Source: the human T2T-CHM13v2.0 reference genome, Homo sapiens. Taken from it: a stretch of DNA of 64,000 bases. This document shows, in pieces, positions 1-14,600 of this stretch. The DNA lies in the NCBI RefSeq assembly GCF_009914755.1, contig NC_060925.1. One strand, written 5' to 3'. Made by a program: the position numbers and the translations under genes. Position 1 is the stretch's first letter, and each line of letters starts with the position of its first letter. The notes below the pieces were generated by a model. It was not told the DNA's origin. It searched no databases and saw only the letters and a list, made by a program, of their open reading frames with translations.

Positions 1-207
1 TTGAATGGAATCAGATGGAATCATCGAATGGACTGGAATGGAATCATTGAATGGACTCGAAAGGGATCATTATTGAATGGAATTGAATGGAATCATCGAA
101 TGGTCTCGATTGGAATCATTACCAAATGGAATCGAATGGAATCACCGAATAGAATCGAATGGAACAATCATCGAATGGACTCAAATGGAATTATCCTCAA
201 ATGGAAT

Positions 208-253
208 CGAATGGAATTATCGAATGCAATCGAATGGAATTATCGAATGCAAT
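208..253. repeat. 23-bp tandem doublet (cgaatggaattatcgaatgcaat x2) present in each unit; x3 in four variant units
   Basis: Two perfect copies at 208-253. Three copies at 5058-5126, 8165-8233, 20149-20217 and 25002-25070. Confidence 0.92.
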
Positions 254-460
254 CGAATAGAATCATCGAAAGGACTCGAATGGAATCATCGAATGGAATG
301 GAATGGAACAGTCAATGAACTCGAATGGAATCATCATTGAATGGAATCATCGAGTGGAATCGAATGGAATTATGATCAAATGGAATCGAATGTAATCATC
401 ATCAAATGGAATCAAAAATAACCATCATCAATTGGTATTGAATGGAATTGTCATCAAATG

Positions 461-2236
461 GAATTCAAAGGAATCATCATCAAATGGAACCGAATGGAAT
501 CCTCATTGAATGGAAATGAAAGGGGTCATCATCTAATGGAATCGCATGGAATCATCATCAAATGGAATCGAATGGAATCATCATCAAATGGAATCTAATG
601 GAATCATTGAACAGAATTGAATGGAATCGTCATCGAATGAATTGAATGCAATCATCGAATGGTCTCGAATGGAATCATCTTCTAATGGAAAGGAATGGAA
701 TCATCGCATAGAATCGAATGGAATTATCATCGAATGGAATCGAATGGTATCAACACCAAACGGAAAAAAACGGAATTATCGAATGGAATCGAAGAGAATC
801 TTCGAACGGACCCGAATGGAATCATCTAATGGAATGGAATGGAATAATCCATGGACTCGAATGCAATCATCATCGAATGGAATGGAATGGAATCATCGAA
901 TGGACTCAAATGGAATAATCATTGAACGGAATCGAATGGAATCATCATCGGATGGAAACGAATGGAATCATCATCGAATGGAAATGAAAGGAGTCATCAT
1001 CTAATGGAATTGCATGGAATCATCATAAAATGGAATCGAATGGAATCAACATCAAATGGAATCAAATGGAATCATTGAACGGAATTGAATGGAATCGTCA
1101 TCGAATGAATTGACTGCAATCATCGAATGTTCTCGAATGGAATCATCTTCAAATGGAATGGAATGGAATCATCGCATAGAATCGAATGGAATTATCATCG
1201 AATGGAATCGAATGGAATCAACATCAAACGGAGAAAAACGCAATTATCGAATGGAATCGAAGAGAATCATCGAATGGACCCGAATGGAATCATCTAATGG
1301 AATGGAATGGAATAATCCATGGACTCGAATGCAATCATCATCGAATGGAATCGAATGGAATCATCGAATGGACTCGAATGGAATAATCATTGAACGGAAT
1401 CGAATGGAATCATCATCGGATGGAAATGAATGGAATCATCATCGAATGGAATCGAATAGAATTATGGAATGAAATCCAGTGTGATCATCATCGAATGGAC
1501 CCGAATGGAATCATCATCCAACGGAAGCTAATGGAATCAACATCGAATGAATCGAATGGAAACACCATCGAATTGAAACGAATGGAATTATCATGAAATT
1601 GAAATGGATGGACTCATCATCGAATGGAATCGAATGGAATCATCGAATAAAATTGATTGAAATCATCATCGAATGGAATCGAATGGTATCATTGAATGGA
1701 ATCGAATGGAATCATCATCAGATGGAAATGAATGGAATCGTCATAGAATGGAATCGAATGGATTCATTGAATGGAATCAGATGGAATCATCGAATGGACT
1801 GGAATGGAATCATTGAATGGACTCGAAAGGGATCATGATTGAATGGAATTGAATGGAATCATCGAATGGTCTCGATTGGAATCATTATCAAATGGAATCG
1901 AATGGAATCACCGAATAGAATCGAATGGAACAATCATCGAATGGACTCAAATGGAATTATCCTCAAATGGAATCGAATGGAATTATCGAATGCAATCGAA
2001 TGGAATTATCGAATGCAATCGAATAGAATCATCGAAAGGACTCGAATGGAATCATCGAATGGAATGGAATGGAACAGTCAATGAACTCGAATGGAATCAT
2101 CATTGAATGGAATCGAATGGAATCATCGAGTGGAATCGAATGGAATTATGATCAAATGGAATCGAATGTAATCATCATCAAATGGAATCAAAAATAACCA
2201 TCATCAATTGGTATTGAATGGAATTGTCATCAAATG
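461..2236. repeat. Representative 1,776-bp repeat unit (EcoRI to EcoRI), 1.77-kb chr1q12-type HSat2
   Basis: GAATTC at 461-466 recurs at 2237. Unit anchors (ORF start 'MESSSNEL') are at 621, 2397, 4173 and continue to 63561. Most spacings are exactly 1,776 bp. A 1.77-kb EcoRI periodicity is the established hallmark of chromosome 1 satellite II. Confidence 0.9.
491..1451. repeat. Internal 468-bp tandem duplication (sub-blocks A and B) within the 1,776-bp unit
   Basis: About 491-958 aligns to about 959-1426, and the paired ORFs start at 621 and 1089 (offset 468). Diagnostic A/B differences: gaaagggg/gaaaggag, aatcgcat/aattgcat, aacagaa/aacggaa, ttgaatgc/ttgactgc, ttctaatggaaagg/ttcaaatggaatgg, ggtatcaacacc/ggaatcaacatc, atcttcgaacgg/atcatcgaatgg. 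Confidence 0.95.
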
Positions 2237-4172
2237 GAATTCAAAGGAATCATCATCAAATGGAACCGAATGGAATCCTCATTGAATGGAAATGAAAGGG
2301 GTCATCATCTAATGGAATCGCATGGAATCATCATCAAATGGAATCGAATGGAATCATCATCAAATGGAATCTAATGGAATCATTGAACAGAATTGAATGG
2401 AATCGTCATCGAATGAATTGAATGCAATCATCGAATGGTCTCGAATGGAATCATCTTCTAATGGAAAGGAATGGAATCATCGCATAGAATCGAATGGAAT
2501 TATCATCGAATGGAATCGAATGGTATCAACACCAAACGGAAAAAAACGGAATTATCGAATGGAATCGAAGAGAATCTTCGAACGGACCCGAATGGAATCA
2601 TCTAATGGAATGGAATGGAATAATCCATGGACTCGAATGCAATCATCATCGAATGGAATGGAATGGAATCATCGAATGGACTCGAATGGAATAATCATTG
2701 AACGGAATCGAATGGAATCATCATCGGATGGAAACGAATGGAATCATCATCGAATGGAAATGAAAGGAGTCATCATCTAATGGAATTGCATGGAATCATC
2801 ATAAAATGGAATCGAATGGAATCAACATCAAATGGAATCAAATGGAATCATTGAACGGAATTGAATGGAATCGTCATCGAATGAATTGACTGCAATCATC
2901 GAATGTTCTCGAATGGAATCATCTTCAAATGGAATGGAATGGAATCATCGCATAGAATCGAATGGAATTATCATCGAATGGAATCGAATGGAATCAACAT
3001 CAAACGGAAAAAAACGGAATTATCGTATGGAATCGAAGAGAATCATCGAATGGACCCGAATGGAATCATCTAATGGAATGGAATGGAATAATCCATGGAC
3101 TCGAATGCAATCATCATCGAATGAAATCGAATGGAATCATCGAATGGACTCGAATGGAATAATCATTGAACGGAATCGAATGGAATCATCATCGGATGGA
3201 AATGAATGGAATCATCATCGAATGGAATCGAATAGAATTATGGAATGAAATCCAGTGTGATCATCATCGAATGGACCCGAATGGAATCATCATCCAACGG
3301 AAGCTAATGGAATCAACATCGAATGAATCAAATGGAAACACCATCGAATTGAAACGAATGGAATTATCATGAAATTGAAATGGATGGACTCATCATCGAA
3401 TGGATTCGAATGGAATCATCGAATAAAATTGATTGAAATCATCATCGAATGGAATCGAATGGTATCATTGAATGGAATCGAATGGAATCATCATCAGATG
3501 GAAATGAATGGAATCGTCATAGAATGGAATCGAATGGATTCATTGAATGGAATCAGATGGAATCATCGAATGGACTGGAATGGAATCATTGAATGGACTC
3601 GAAAGGGATCATGATTGAATGGAATTGAATGGAATCATGGAATGGTCTCGATTGGAATCATTATCAAATGGAATCGAATGGAATCACCGAATAGAATCGA
3701 ATGGAACAATCATCGAATGGACTCAAATGGAATTATCCTCAAATGGAATCGAATGGAATTATCGAATGCAATCGAATGGAATTATCGAATGCAATCGAAT
3801 AGAATCATCGAAAGGACTCGAATGGAATCATCGAATGGAATGGAATGGAACAGTCAATGAACTCGAATGGAATCATCATTGAATGGAATCGAATGGAATC
3901 ATCGAGTGGAATCGAATGGAATTATGATCAAATGGAATCGAATGTAATCATCATCAAATGGAATCAAAAATAACCATCATCAATTGGTATTGAATGGAAT
4001 TGTCATCAAATGGAATTCAAAGGAATCATCATCAAATGGAACCGAATGGAATCCTCATTGAATGGAAATGAAAGGGGTCATCATCTAATGGAAACGCATG
4101 GAATCATCATCAAATGGAATCGAATGGAATCATCATCAAATGGAATCTAATGGAATCATTGAACAGAATTGA

Positions 4173-5503
4173 ATGGAATCGTCATCGAATGAATTGAATG
4201 CAATCATCGAATGGTCTCGAATGGAATCATCTTCTAATGGAAAGGAATGGAATCATCGCATAGAATCGAATGGAATTATAATCGAATGGAATCGAATGGT
4301 ATCAACACCAAACGGAAAAAAACGGAATTATCGAATGGAATCGAAGAGAATCTTCGAACGGACCCGAATGGAATCATCTAATGGAATGGAATGGAATAAT
4401 CCATGGACTCGAATGCAATCACCATCGAATGGAATCGAATGGAATCATCGAATGGACTCGAATGGAATAATCATTGAACGGAATCGAATGGAATCATCAT
4501 CGGATGGAAATGAATGGAATCATCATCGAATGGAATCGAATAGAATTATGGAATGAAATCCAGTGTGATCATCATCGAATGGACCCGAATGGAATCATCA
4601 TCCTACGGAAGCTAATGGAATCAACATCGAATGAATCGAATGGAAACACCATCGAATTGAAACGAATGGAATTATCATGAAATTGAAATGGATGGACTCA
4701 TCATCGAATGGATTCGAATGGAATCATCGAATAAAATTGATTGAAATCATCATCAAATGGAATCGAATGGTATCATTGAATGGAATCGAATGGAATCATC
4801 ATCAGATGGAAATGAATGGAATCGTCATAGAATGGAATCGAATGGATTCATTGAATGGAATCAGATGGAATCATCGAATGGACTGGAATGGAATCATTGA
4901 ATGGACTCGAAAGGCATCATTATTGAATGGAATTGAATGGAATCATCGAATGGTCTCGATTGGAATCATTACCAAATGGAATCGAATGGAATCACCGAAT
5001 AGAATCGAATGGAACAATCATCGAATGGACTCAAATGGAATTATCCTCCAATGGAATCGAATGGAATTATCGAATGCAATCGAATGGAATTATCGAATGC
5101 AATCGAATGGAATTATCGAATGCAATCGAATAGAATCATCGAATGGACTCGAATGGAATCATCGAATGGAATGGAATGGAACAGTCAATGAACTCGAATG
5201 GAATCATCATTGAATGGAATCGAATGGAATCATCGAGTGGAATCGAATGGAATTATGATCAAATGGAATCTAATGGAATCATCATCAAATGGAATCAAAA
5301 ATAACCATCATCAATTGGTATTGAATGGAATTGTCATCAAATGGAATTCAAAGGAATCATCATCAAATGGAACCGAATGGAATCCTCATTGAATGGAAAT
5401 GAAAGGGGTCATCATCTAATGGAATCGCATGGAATCATCATCAAATGGAATCGAATGGAATCATCATCAAATGGAATCTAATGGAATCATTGAACAGAAT
5501 TGA
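4173..5503. repeat. 1,331-bp variant unit (468-bp loss plus 23-bp gain), copy 1
   Basis: Anchor spacing 4173 to 5504 is 1,331 = 1776-468+23. It has a single A/B hybrid block and a triple 23-mer. Confidence 0.92.
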
Positions 5504-7279
5504 ATGGAATCATCATCGAATGAATTGAATGCAATCATCGAATGGTCTCGAATGGAATCATCTTCTAATGGAAAGCAATGGAATCATCGCATAGAATCGA
5601 ATGGAATTATCATCGAATGGAATCGAATGGTATCAACACCAAACGGAAAAAAACGGAATTATCGAATGGAATCGAAGAGAATCTTCGAACGGACCCGAAT
5701 GGAATCATCTAATGGAATGGAATGGAATAATCCATGGACTCGAATGCAATCATCATCGAATGGAATCGAATGGAGTCATCGAATGGACTCGAATGGAATA
5801 ATCATTGAACGGAATCGAATGGAATCATCATCGGATGGAAACGAATGGAATCATCATCGAATGGAAATGAAAGGAGTCATCATCTAATGGAATTGCATGG
5901 AATCATCATAAAATGGAATCGAATGGAATCAACATCAAATGGAATCAAATGGAATCATTGAACGGAATTGAATGGAATCGTCATCGAATGAATTGACTGC
6001 AATCATCGAATGGTCTCGAATGGAATCATCTTCAAATGGAATGGAATGGAATCATCGAATAGAATCGAATGGAATTATCATCGAATGGAATCGAATGGAA
6101 TCAACATCAAACGGAAAAAAACAGAATTATCGTATGGAATCTAAGAGAATCATCGAATGGACCCGAATGGAATCATCTAATGGAATGGAATGGAATAATC
6201 CATGGACTCGAATGCAATCATCATCGAATGGAATCGAATGGAATCATCGAATGGACTCGAATGGAATAATCATTGAACGGAATCGAATGGAATCATCATC
6301 GGATGGAAATGAATGGAATCATCATCGAATGGAATCGAATAGAATTATGGAATGAAATCCAGTGTGATCATCATCGAATGGACCCGAATGGAATCATCAT
6401 CCAACGGAAGCTAATGGAATCAACATCGAATGAATCGAATGGAAACACCATCGAATTGAAACGAATGGAATTATCATGAAATTGAAATGGATGGACACAT
6501 CATCGAATGGATTCGAATGGAATCATCGAATAAAATTGATTGAAATCATCATCAAATGGAATCGAATGGTATCATTGAATGGAATCGAATGGAATCATCA
6601 TCAGATGGAAATGAATGGAATCGTCATAGAATGGAATCGAATGGATTCATTGAATGGAATCAGATGGAATCATCGAATGGACTGGAATGGAATCATTGAA
6701 TGGACTCGAAAGGGATCATGATTGAATGGAATTGAATGGAATCATGGAATGGTCTCGATTGGAATCATTATCAAATGGAATCGAATGGAATCACCGAATA
6801 GAATCGAATGGAACAATCATCGAATGGACTCAAATGGAATTATCCTCAAATGGAATCGAATGGAATTATCGAATGCAATCGAATGGAATTATCGAATGCA
6901 ATCGAATAGAATCATCGAATGGACTCGAATGGAATCATCGAATGGAATGGAATGGAACAGTCAATGAACTCGAATGGAATCATCATTGAATGGAATCGAA
7001 TGGAATCATCGAGTGGAATCGAATGGAATTATGATCAAATGGAATCGAATGTAATCATCATCAAATGGAATCAAAAATAACCATCATCAATTGGTATTGA
7101 ATGGAATTGTCATCAAATGGAATTCAAAGGAATCATCATCAAATGGAACCGAATGGAATCCTCATTGAATGGAAATGAAAGGGGTCATCATCTAATGGAA
7201 TCGCATGGAATCATCATCAAATGGAATCGAATGGAATCATCATCAAATGGAATCTAATGGAATCATTGAACAGAATTGA

Positions 7280-8610
7280 ATGGAATCGTCATCGAATGAA
7301 TTGAATGCAATCATCGAATGGTCTCGAATGGAATCATCTTCTAATGGAAAGGAATGGAATCATCGCATAGAATCGAATGGAATTATAATCGAATGGAATC
7401 GAATGGTATCAACACCAAACGGAAAAAAACGGAATTATCGAATGGAATCGAAGAGAATCTTCGAACGGACCCGAATGGAATCATCTAATGGAATGGAATG
7501 GAATAATCCATGGACTCGAATGCAATCACCATCGAATGGAATCGAATGGAATCATCGAATGGACTCGAATGGAATAATCATTGAACGGAATCGAATGGAA
7601 TCATCATCGGATGGAAATGAATGGAATCATCATCGAATGGAATCGAATAGAATTATGGAATGAAATCCAGTGTGATCATCATCGAATGGACCCGAATGGA
7701 ATCATCATCCTACGGAAGCTAATGGAATCAACATCGAATGAATCGAATGGAAACACCATCGAATTGAAACGAATGGAATTATCATGAAATTGAAATGGAT
7801 GGACTCATCATCGAATGGATTCGAATGGAATCATCGAATAAAATTGATTGAAATCATCATCAAATGGAATCGAATGGTATCATTGAATGGAATCGAATGG
7901 AATCATCATCAGATGGAAATGAATGGAATCGTCATAGAATGGAATCGAATGGATTCATTGAATGGAATCAGATGGAATCATCGAATGGACTGGAATGGAA
8001 TCATTGAATGGACTCGAAAGGCATCATTATTGAATGGAATTGAATGGAATCATCGAATGGTCTCGATTGGAATCATTACCAAATGGAATCGAATGGAATC
8101 ACCGAATAGAATCGAATGGAACAATCATCGAATGGACTCAAATGGAATTATCCTCCAATGGAATCGAATGGAATTATCGAATGCAATCGAATGGAATTAT
8201 CGAATGCAATCGAATGGAATTATCGAATGCAATCGAATAGAATCATCGAATGGACTCGAATGGAATCATCGAATGGAATGGAATGGAACAGTCAATGAAC
8301 TCGAATGGAATCATCATTGAATGGAATCGAATGGAATCATCGAGTGGAATCGAATGGAATTATGATCAAATGGAATCTAATGGAATCATCATCAAATGGA
8401 ATCAAAAATAACCATCATCAATTGGTATTGAATGGAATTGTCATCAAATGGAATTCAAAGGAATCATCATCAAATGGAACCGAATGGAATCCTCATTGAA
8501 TGGAAATGAAAGGGGTCATCATCTAATGGAATCGCATGGAATCATCATCAAATGGAATCGAATGGAATCATCATCAAATGGAATCTAATGGAATCATTGA
8601 ACAGAATTGA
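7280..8610. repeat. 1,331-bp variant unit, copy 2
   Basis: Spacing 7280 to 8611 is 1,331. Shares tataatc, caccatc, tcctacgg and aaaggcatc variants with copy 1. Confidence 0.92.
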
Positions 8611-11600
8611 ATGGAATCATCATCGAATGAATTGAATGCAATCATCGAATGGTCTCGAATGGAATCATCTTCTAATGGAAAGCAATGGAATCATCGCATA
8701 GAATCGAATGGAATTATCATCGAATGGAATCGAATGGTATCAACACCAAACGGAAAAAAACGGAATTATCGAATGGAATCGAAGAGAATCTTCGAACGGA
8801 CCCGAATGGAATCATCTAATGGAATGGAATGGAATAATCCATGGACTCGAATGCAATCATCATCGAATGGAATCGACTGGAGTCATCGAATGGACTCGAA
8901 TGGAATAATCATTGAACGGAATCGAATGGAATCATCATCGGATGGAAACGAATGGAATCATCATCGAATGGAAATGAAAGGAGTCATCATCTAATGGAAT
9001 TGCATGGAATCATCATAAAATGGAATCGAATGGAATCAACATCAAATGGAATCAAATGGAATCATTGAACGGAATTGAATGGAATCGTCATCGAATGAAT
9101 TGACTGCAATCATCGAATGGTCTCGAATGGAATCATCTTCAAATGGAATGGAATGGAATCATCGAATAGAATCGAATGGAATTATCATCGAATGGAATCG
9201 AATGGAATCAACATCAAACGGAAAAAAACAGAATTATCGTATGGAATCTAAGAGAATCATCGAATGGACCCGAATGGAATCATCTAATGGAATGGAATGG
9301 AATAATCCATGGACTCGAATGCAATCATCATCGAATGGAATCGAATGGAATCATCGAATGGACTCGAATGGAATAATCATTGAACGGAATCGAATGGAAT
9401 CATCATCGGATGGAAATGAATGGAATCATCATCGAATGGAATCGAATAGAATTATGGAATGAAATCCAGTGTGATCATCATCGAATGGACCCGAATGGAA
9501 TCATCATCCAACGGAAGCTAATGGAATCAACATCGAATGAATCGAATGGAAACACCATCGAATTGAAACGAATGGAATTATCATGAAATTGAAATGGATG
9601 GACACATCATCGAATGGATTCGAATGGAATCATCGAATAAAATTGATTGAAATCATCATCAAATGGAATCGAATGGTATCATTGAATGGAATCGAATGGA
9701 ATCATCATCAGATGGAAATGAATGGAATCGTCATAGAATGGAATCGAATGGATTCATTGAATGGAATCAGATGGAATCATCGAATGGACTGGAATGGAAT
9801 CATTGAATGGACTCGAAAGGGATCATTATTGAATGGAATTGAATGGAATCATCGAATGGTCTCGATTGGAATCATTATCAAATGGAATCGAATGGAATCA
9901 CCGAATAGAATCGAATGGAACAATCATCGAATGGACTCAAATGGAATTATCCTCAAATGGAATCGAATGGAATTATCGAATGCAATCGAATGGAATTATC
10001 GAATGCAATCGAAGAGAATCATCGAATGGACTCGAATGGAATCATCGAATGGAATGGAATGGAACAGTCAATGAACTCGAATGGAATCATCATTGAATGG
10101 AATCGAATGGAATCATCGAGTGGAATCGAATGGAATTATGATCAAATGGAATCGAATGTAATCATCATCAAATGGAATCAAAAATAACCATCATCAATTG
10201 GTATTGAATGGAATTGTCATCAAATGGAATTCAAAGGAATCATCATCAAATGGAACCGAATGGAATCCTCATTGAATGGAAATGAAAGGGGTCATCATCT
10301 AATGGAATCGCATGGAATCATCATCAAATGGAATCGAATGGAATCATCATCAAATGGAATCTAATGGAATCATTGAACAGAATTGAATGGAATCGTCATC
10401 GAATGAATTGAATGCAATCATCGAATGGTCTCGAATGGAATCATCTTCTAATGGAAAGGAATGGAATCATCGCATAGAATCGAATGGAATTATCATCGAA
10501 TGGAATCGAATGGTATCAACACCAAACGGAAAAAAACGGAATTATCGAATGGAATCGAAGAGAATCTTCGAACGGACCCGAATGGAATCATCTAATGGAA
10601 TGGAATGGAATAATCCATGGACTCGAATGCAATCATCATCGAATGGAATCGAATGGAATCATCGAATGGACTCGAATGGAATAATCATTGAACGGAATCG
10701 AATGGAATCATCATCGGATGGAAATGAATGGAATCATCATCGAAGGGAAATGAAAGGAGTCATCATCTAATGGAATTGCATGGAATCATCATAAAATGGA
10801 ATCGAATGGAATCAACATCAAATGGAATCAAATGGAATCATTGAACGGAATTGAATGGAATCGTCATCGAATGAATTGACTGCAATCATCGAATGGTCTC
10901 GAATGGAATCATCTTCAAATGGAATGGAATGGAATCATCGCATAGAATCGAATGGAATTATCATCGAATGGAATCGAATGGAATCAACATCAAACGGAAA
11001 AAAACGGAATTATCGAATGGAATCGAAGAGAATCATCGAATGGACCCGAATGGAATCATCTAATGGAATGGAATGGAATAATCCATGGACTCGAATGCAA
11101 TCATCATCGAATGGAATCGAATGGAATCATCGAATGGACTCGAATGGAATAATCATTGAACGGAATCGAATGGAATCATCATCGGATGGAAATGAATGGA
11201 ATCATCATCGAATGGAATCGAATAGAATTATGGAATGAAATCCAGTGTGATCATCATCGAATGGACCCGAATGGAATCATCATCCAACGGAAGCTAATGG
11301 AATCAACATCGAATGAATCGAATGGAAACACCATCGAATTGAAACGAATGGAATTATCATGAAATTGAAATGGATGGACTCATCATCGAATGGATTCGAA
11401 TGGAATCATCGAATAAAATTGATTGAAATCATCATCGAATGGAATCGAATGGTATCATTGAATGGAATCGAATGGAATCATCATCAGATGGAAATGAATG
11501 GAATCGTCATAGAATGGAATCGAATGGATTCATTGAATGGAATCAGATGGAATCATCGAATGGACTGGAATGGAATCATTGAATGGACTCGAAAGGGATC

Positions 11601-14600
11601 ATTATTGAATGGAATTGAATGGAATCATCGAATGGTCTCGATTGGAATCATTACCAAATGGAATCGAATGGAATCACCGAATAGAATCGAATGGAACAAT
11701 CATCGAATGGACTCAAATGGAATTATCCTCAAATGGAATCGAATGGAATTATCGAATGCAATCGAATGGAATTATCGAATGCAATCGAATAGAATCATCG
11801 AAAGGACTCGAATGGAATAATCGAATGGAATGGAATGGAACAGTCAATGAACTCGAATGGAATCATCATTGAATGGAATCGAATGGAATCATCGAGTGGA
11901 ATCGAATGGAATTATGATCAAATGGAATCGAATGTAATCATCATCAAATGGAATCAAAAATAACCATCATCAATTGGTATTGAATGGAATTGTCATCAAA
12001 TGGAATTCAAAGGAATCATCATCAAATGGAACCGAATGGAATCCTCATTGAATGGAAATGAAAGGGGTCATCATCTAATGGAATCGCATGGAATCATCAT
12101 CAAATGGAATCGAATGGAATCATCATCAAATGGAATCTAATGGAATCATTGAACAGAATTGAATGGAATCGTCATCGAATGAATTGAATGCAATCATCGA
12201 ATGGTCTCGAATGGAATCATCTTCTAATGGAAAGGAATGGAATCATCGCATAGAATCGAATGGAATTATCATCGAATGGAATCGAATGGTATCAACACCA
12301 AACGGAAAAAAACGGAATTATCGAATGGAATCGAAGAGAATCTTCGAACGGACCCGAATGGAATCATCTAATGGAATGGAATGGAATAATCCATGGACTC
12401 GAATGCAATCATCATCGAATGGAATCGAATGGAGTCATCGAATGGACTCGAATGGAATAATCATTGAACGGAATCGAATGGAATCATCATCGGATGGAAA
12501 CGAATGGAATCATCATCGAATGGAAATGAAAGGAGTCATCATCTAATGGAATTGCATGGAATCATCATAAAATGGAATCGAATGGAATCAACATCAAATG
12601 GAATCAAATGGAATCATTGAACGGAATTGAATGGAATCGTCATCGAATGAATTGACTGCAATCATCGAATGGTCTCGAATGGAATCATCTTCAAATGGAA
12701 TGGAATGGAATCATCGCATAGAATCGAATGGAATTATCATCGAATGGAATCGAATGGAATCAACATCAAACGGAAAAAAACAGAATTATCGTATGGAATC
12801 TAAGAGAATCATCGAATGGACCCGAATGGAATCATCTAATGGAATGGAATGGAATAATCCATGGACTCGAATGCAATCATCATCGAATGGAATCGAATGG
12901 AATCATCGAATGGACTCGAATGGAATAATCATTGAACGGAATCGAATGGAATCATCATCGGATGGAAATGAATGGAATCATCATCGAATGGAATCGAATA
13001 GAATTATGGAATGAAATCCAGTGTGATCATCATCGAATGGACCCGAATGGAATCATCATCCAACGGAAGCTAATGGAATCAACATCGAATGAATCGAATG
13101 GAAACACCATCGAATTGAAACGAATGGAATTATCATGAAATTGAAATGGATGGACACATCATCGAATGAATTCGAATGGAATCATCGAATAAAATTGATT
13201 GAAATCATCATCAAATGGAATCGAATGGTATCATTGAATGGAATCGAATGGAATCATCATCAGATGGAAATGAATGGAATCGTCATAGAATGGAATCGAA
13301 TGGATTCATTGAATGGAATCAGATGGAATCATCGAATGGACTGGAATGGAATCATTGAATGGACTCGAAAGGGATCATTATTGAATGGAATTGAATGGAA
13401 TCATCGAATGGTCTCGATTGGAATCATTATCAAATGGAATCGAATGGAATCACCGAATAGAATCGAATGGAACAATCATCGAATGGACTCAAATGGAATT
13501 ATCCTCAAATGGAATCGAATGGAATTATCGAATGCAATCGAATGGAATTATCGAATGCAATCGAATAGAATCATCGAATGGACTCGAATGGAATCATCGA
13601 ATGGAATGGAATGGAACAGTCAATGAACTCGAATGGAATCATCATTGAATGGAATCGAATGGAATCATCGAGTGGAATCGAATGGAATTATGATCAAATG
13701 GAATCGAATGTAATCATCATCAAATGGAATCAAAAATAACCATCATCAATTGGTATTGAATGGAATTGTCATCAAATGGAATTCAAAGGAATCATCATCA
13801 AATGGAACCGAATGGAATCCTCATTGAATGGAAATGAAAGGGGTCATCATCTAATGGAATCGCATGGAATCATCATCAAATGGAATCGAATGGAATCATC
13901 ATCAAATGGAATCTAATGGAATCATTGAACAGAATTGAATGGAATCGTCATCGAATGAATTGAATGCAATCATCGAATGGTCTCGAATGGAATCATCTTC
14001 TAATGGAAAGGAATGGAATCATCGCATAGAATCGAATGGAATTATCATCGAATGGAATCGAATGGTATCAACACCAAACGGAAAAAAACGGAATTATCGA
14101 ATGGAATCGAAGAGAATCTTCGAACGGACCCGAATGGAATCATCTAATGGAATGGAATGGAATAATCCATGGACTCGAATGCAATCATCATCGAATGGAA
14201 TCGAATGGAATCATCGAATGGACTCGAATGGAATAATCATTGAACGGAATCGAATGGAATCATCATCGGATGGAAATGAATGGAATCATCATCGAAGGGA
14301 AATGAAAGGAGTCATCATCTAATGGAATTGCATGGAATCATCATAAAATGGAATCGAATGGAATCAACATCAAATGGAATCAAATGGAATCATTGAACGG
14401 AATTGAATGGAATCGTCATCGAATGAATTGACTGCAATCATCGAATGGTCTCGAATGGAATCATCTTCAAATGGAATGGAATGGAATCATCGCATAGAAT
14501 CGAATGGAATTATCATCGAATGGAATCGAATGGAATCAACATCAAACGGAAAAAAACGGAATTATCGAATGGAATCGAAGAGAATCATCGAATGGACCCG

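Noticed and set aside
758-775. aaacggaaaaaaacggaa purine-rich landmark as a regulatory element
   Set aside because: It is a short local duplication within the satellite. It is useful as a landmark but has no functional support.
1646-1668. aataaaattgattgaaatca as a polyA signal or DUX4-like site once per unit
   Set aside because: AATAAA is expected by chance in AT-rich DNA, and the match to the DUX4 TAAYYYAATCA consensus is only partial. It cannot be supported without ChIP or 3'-end data.
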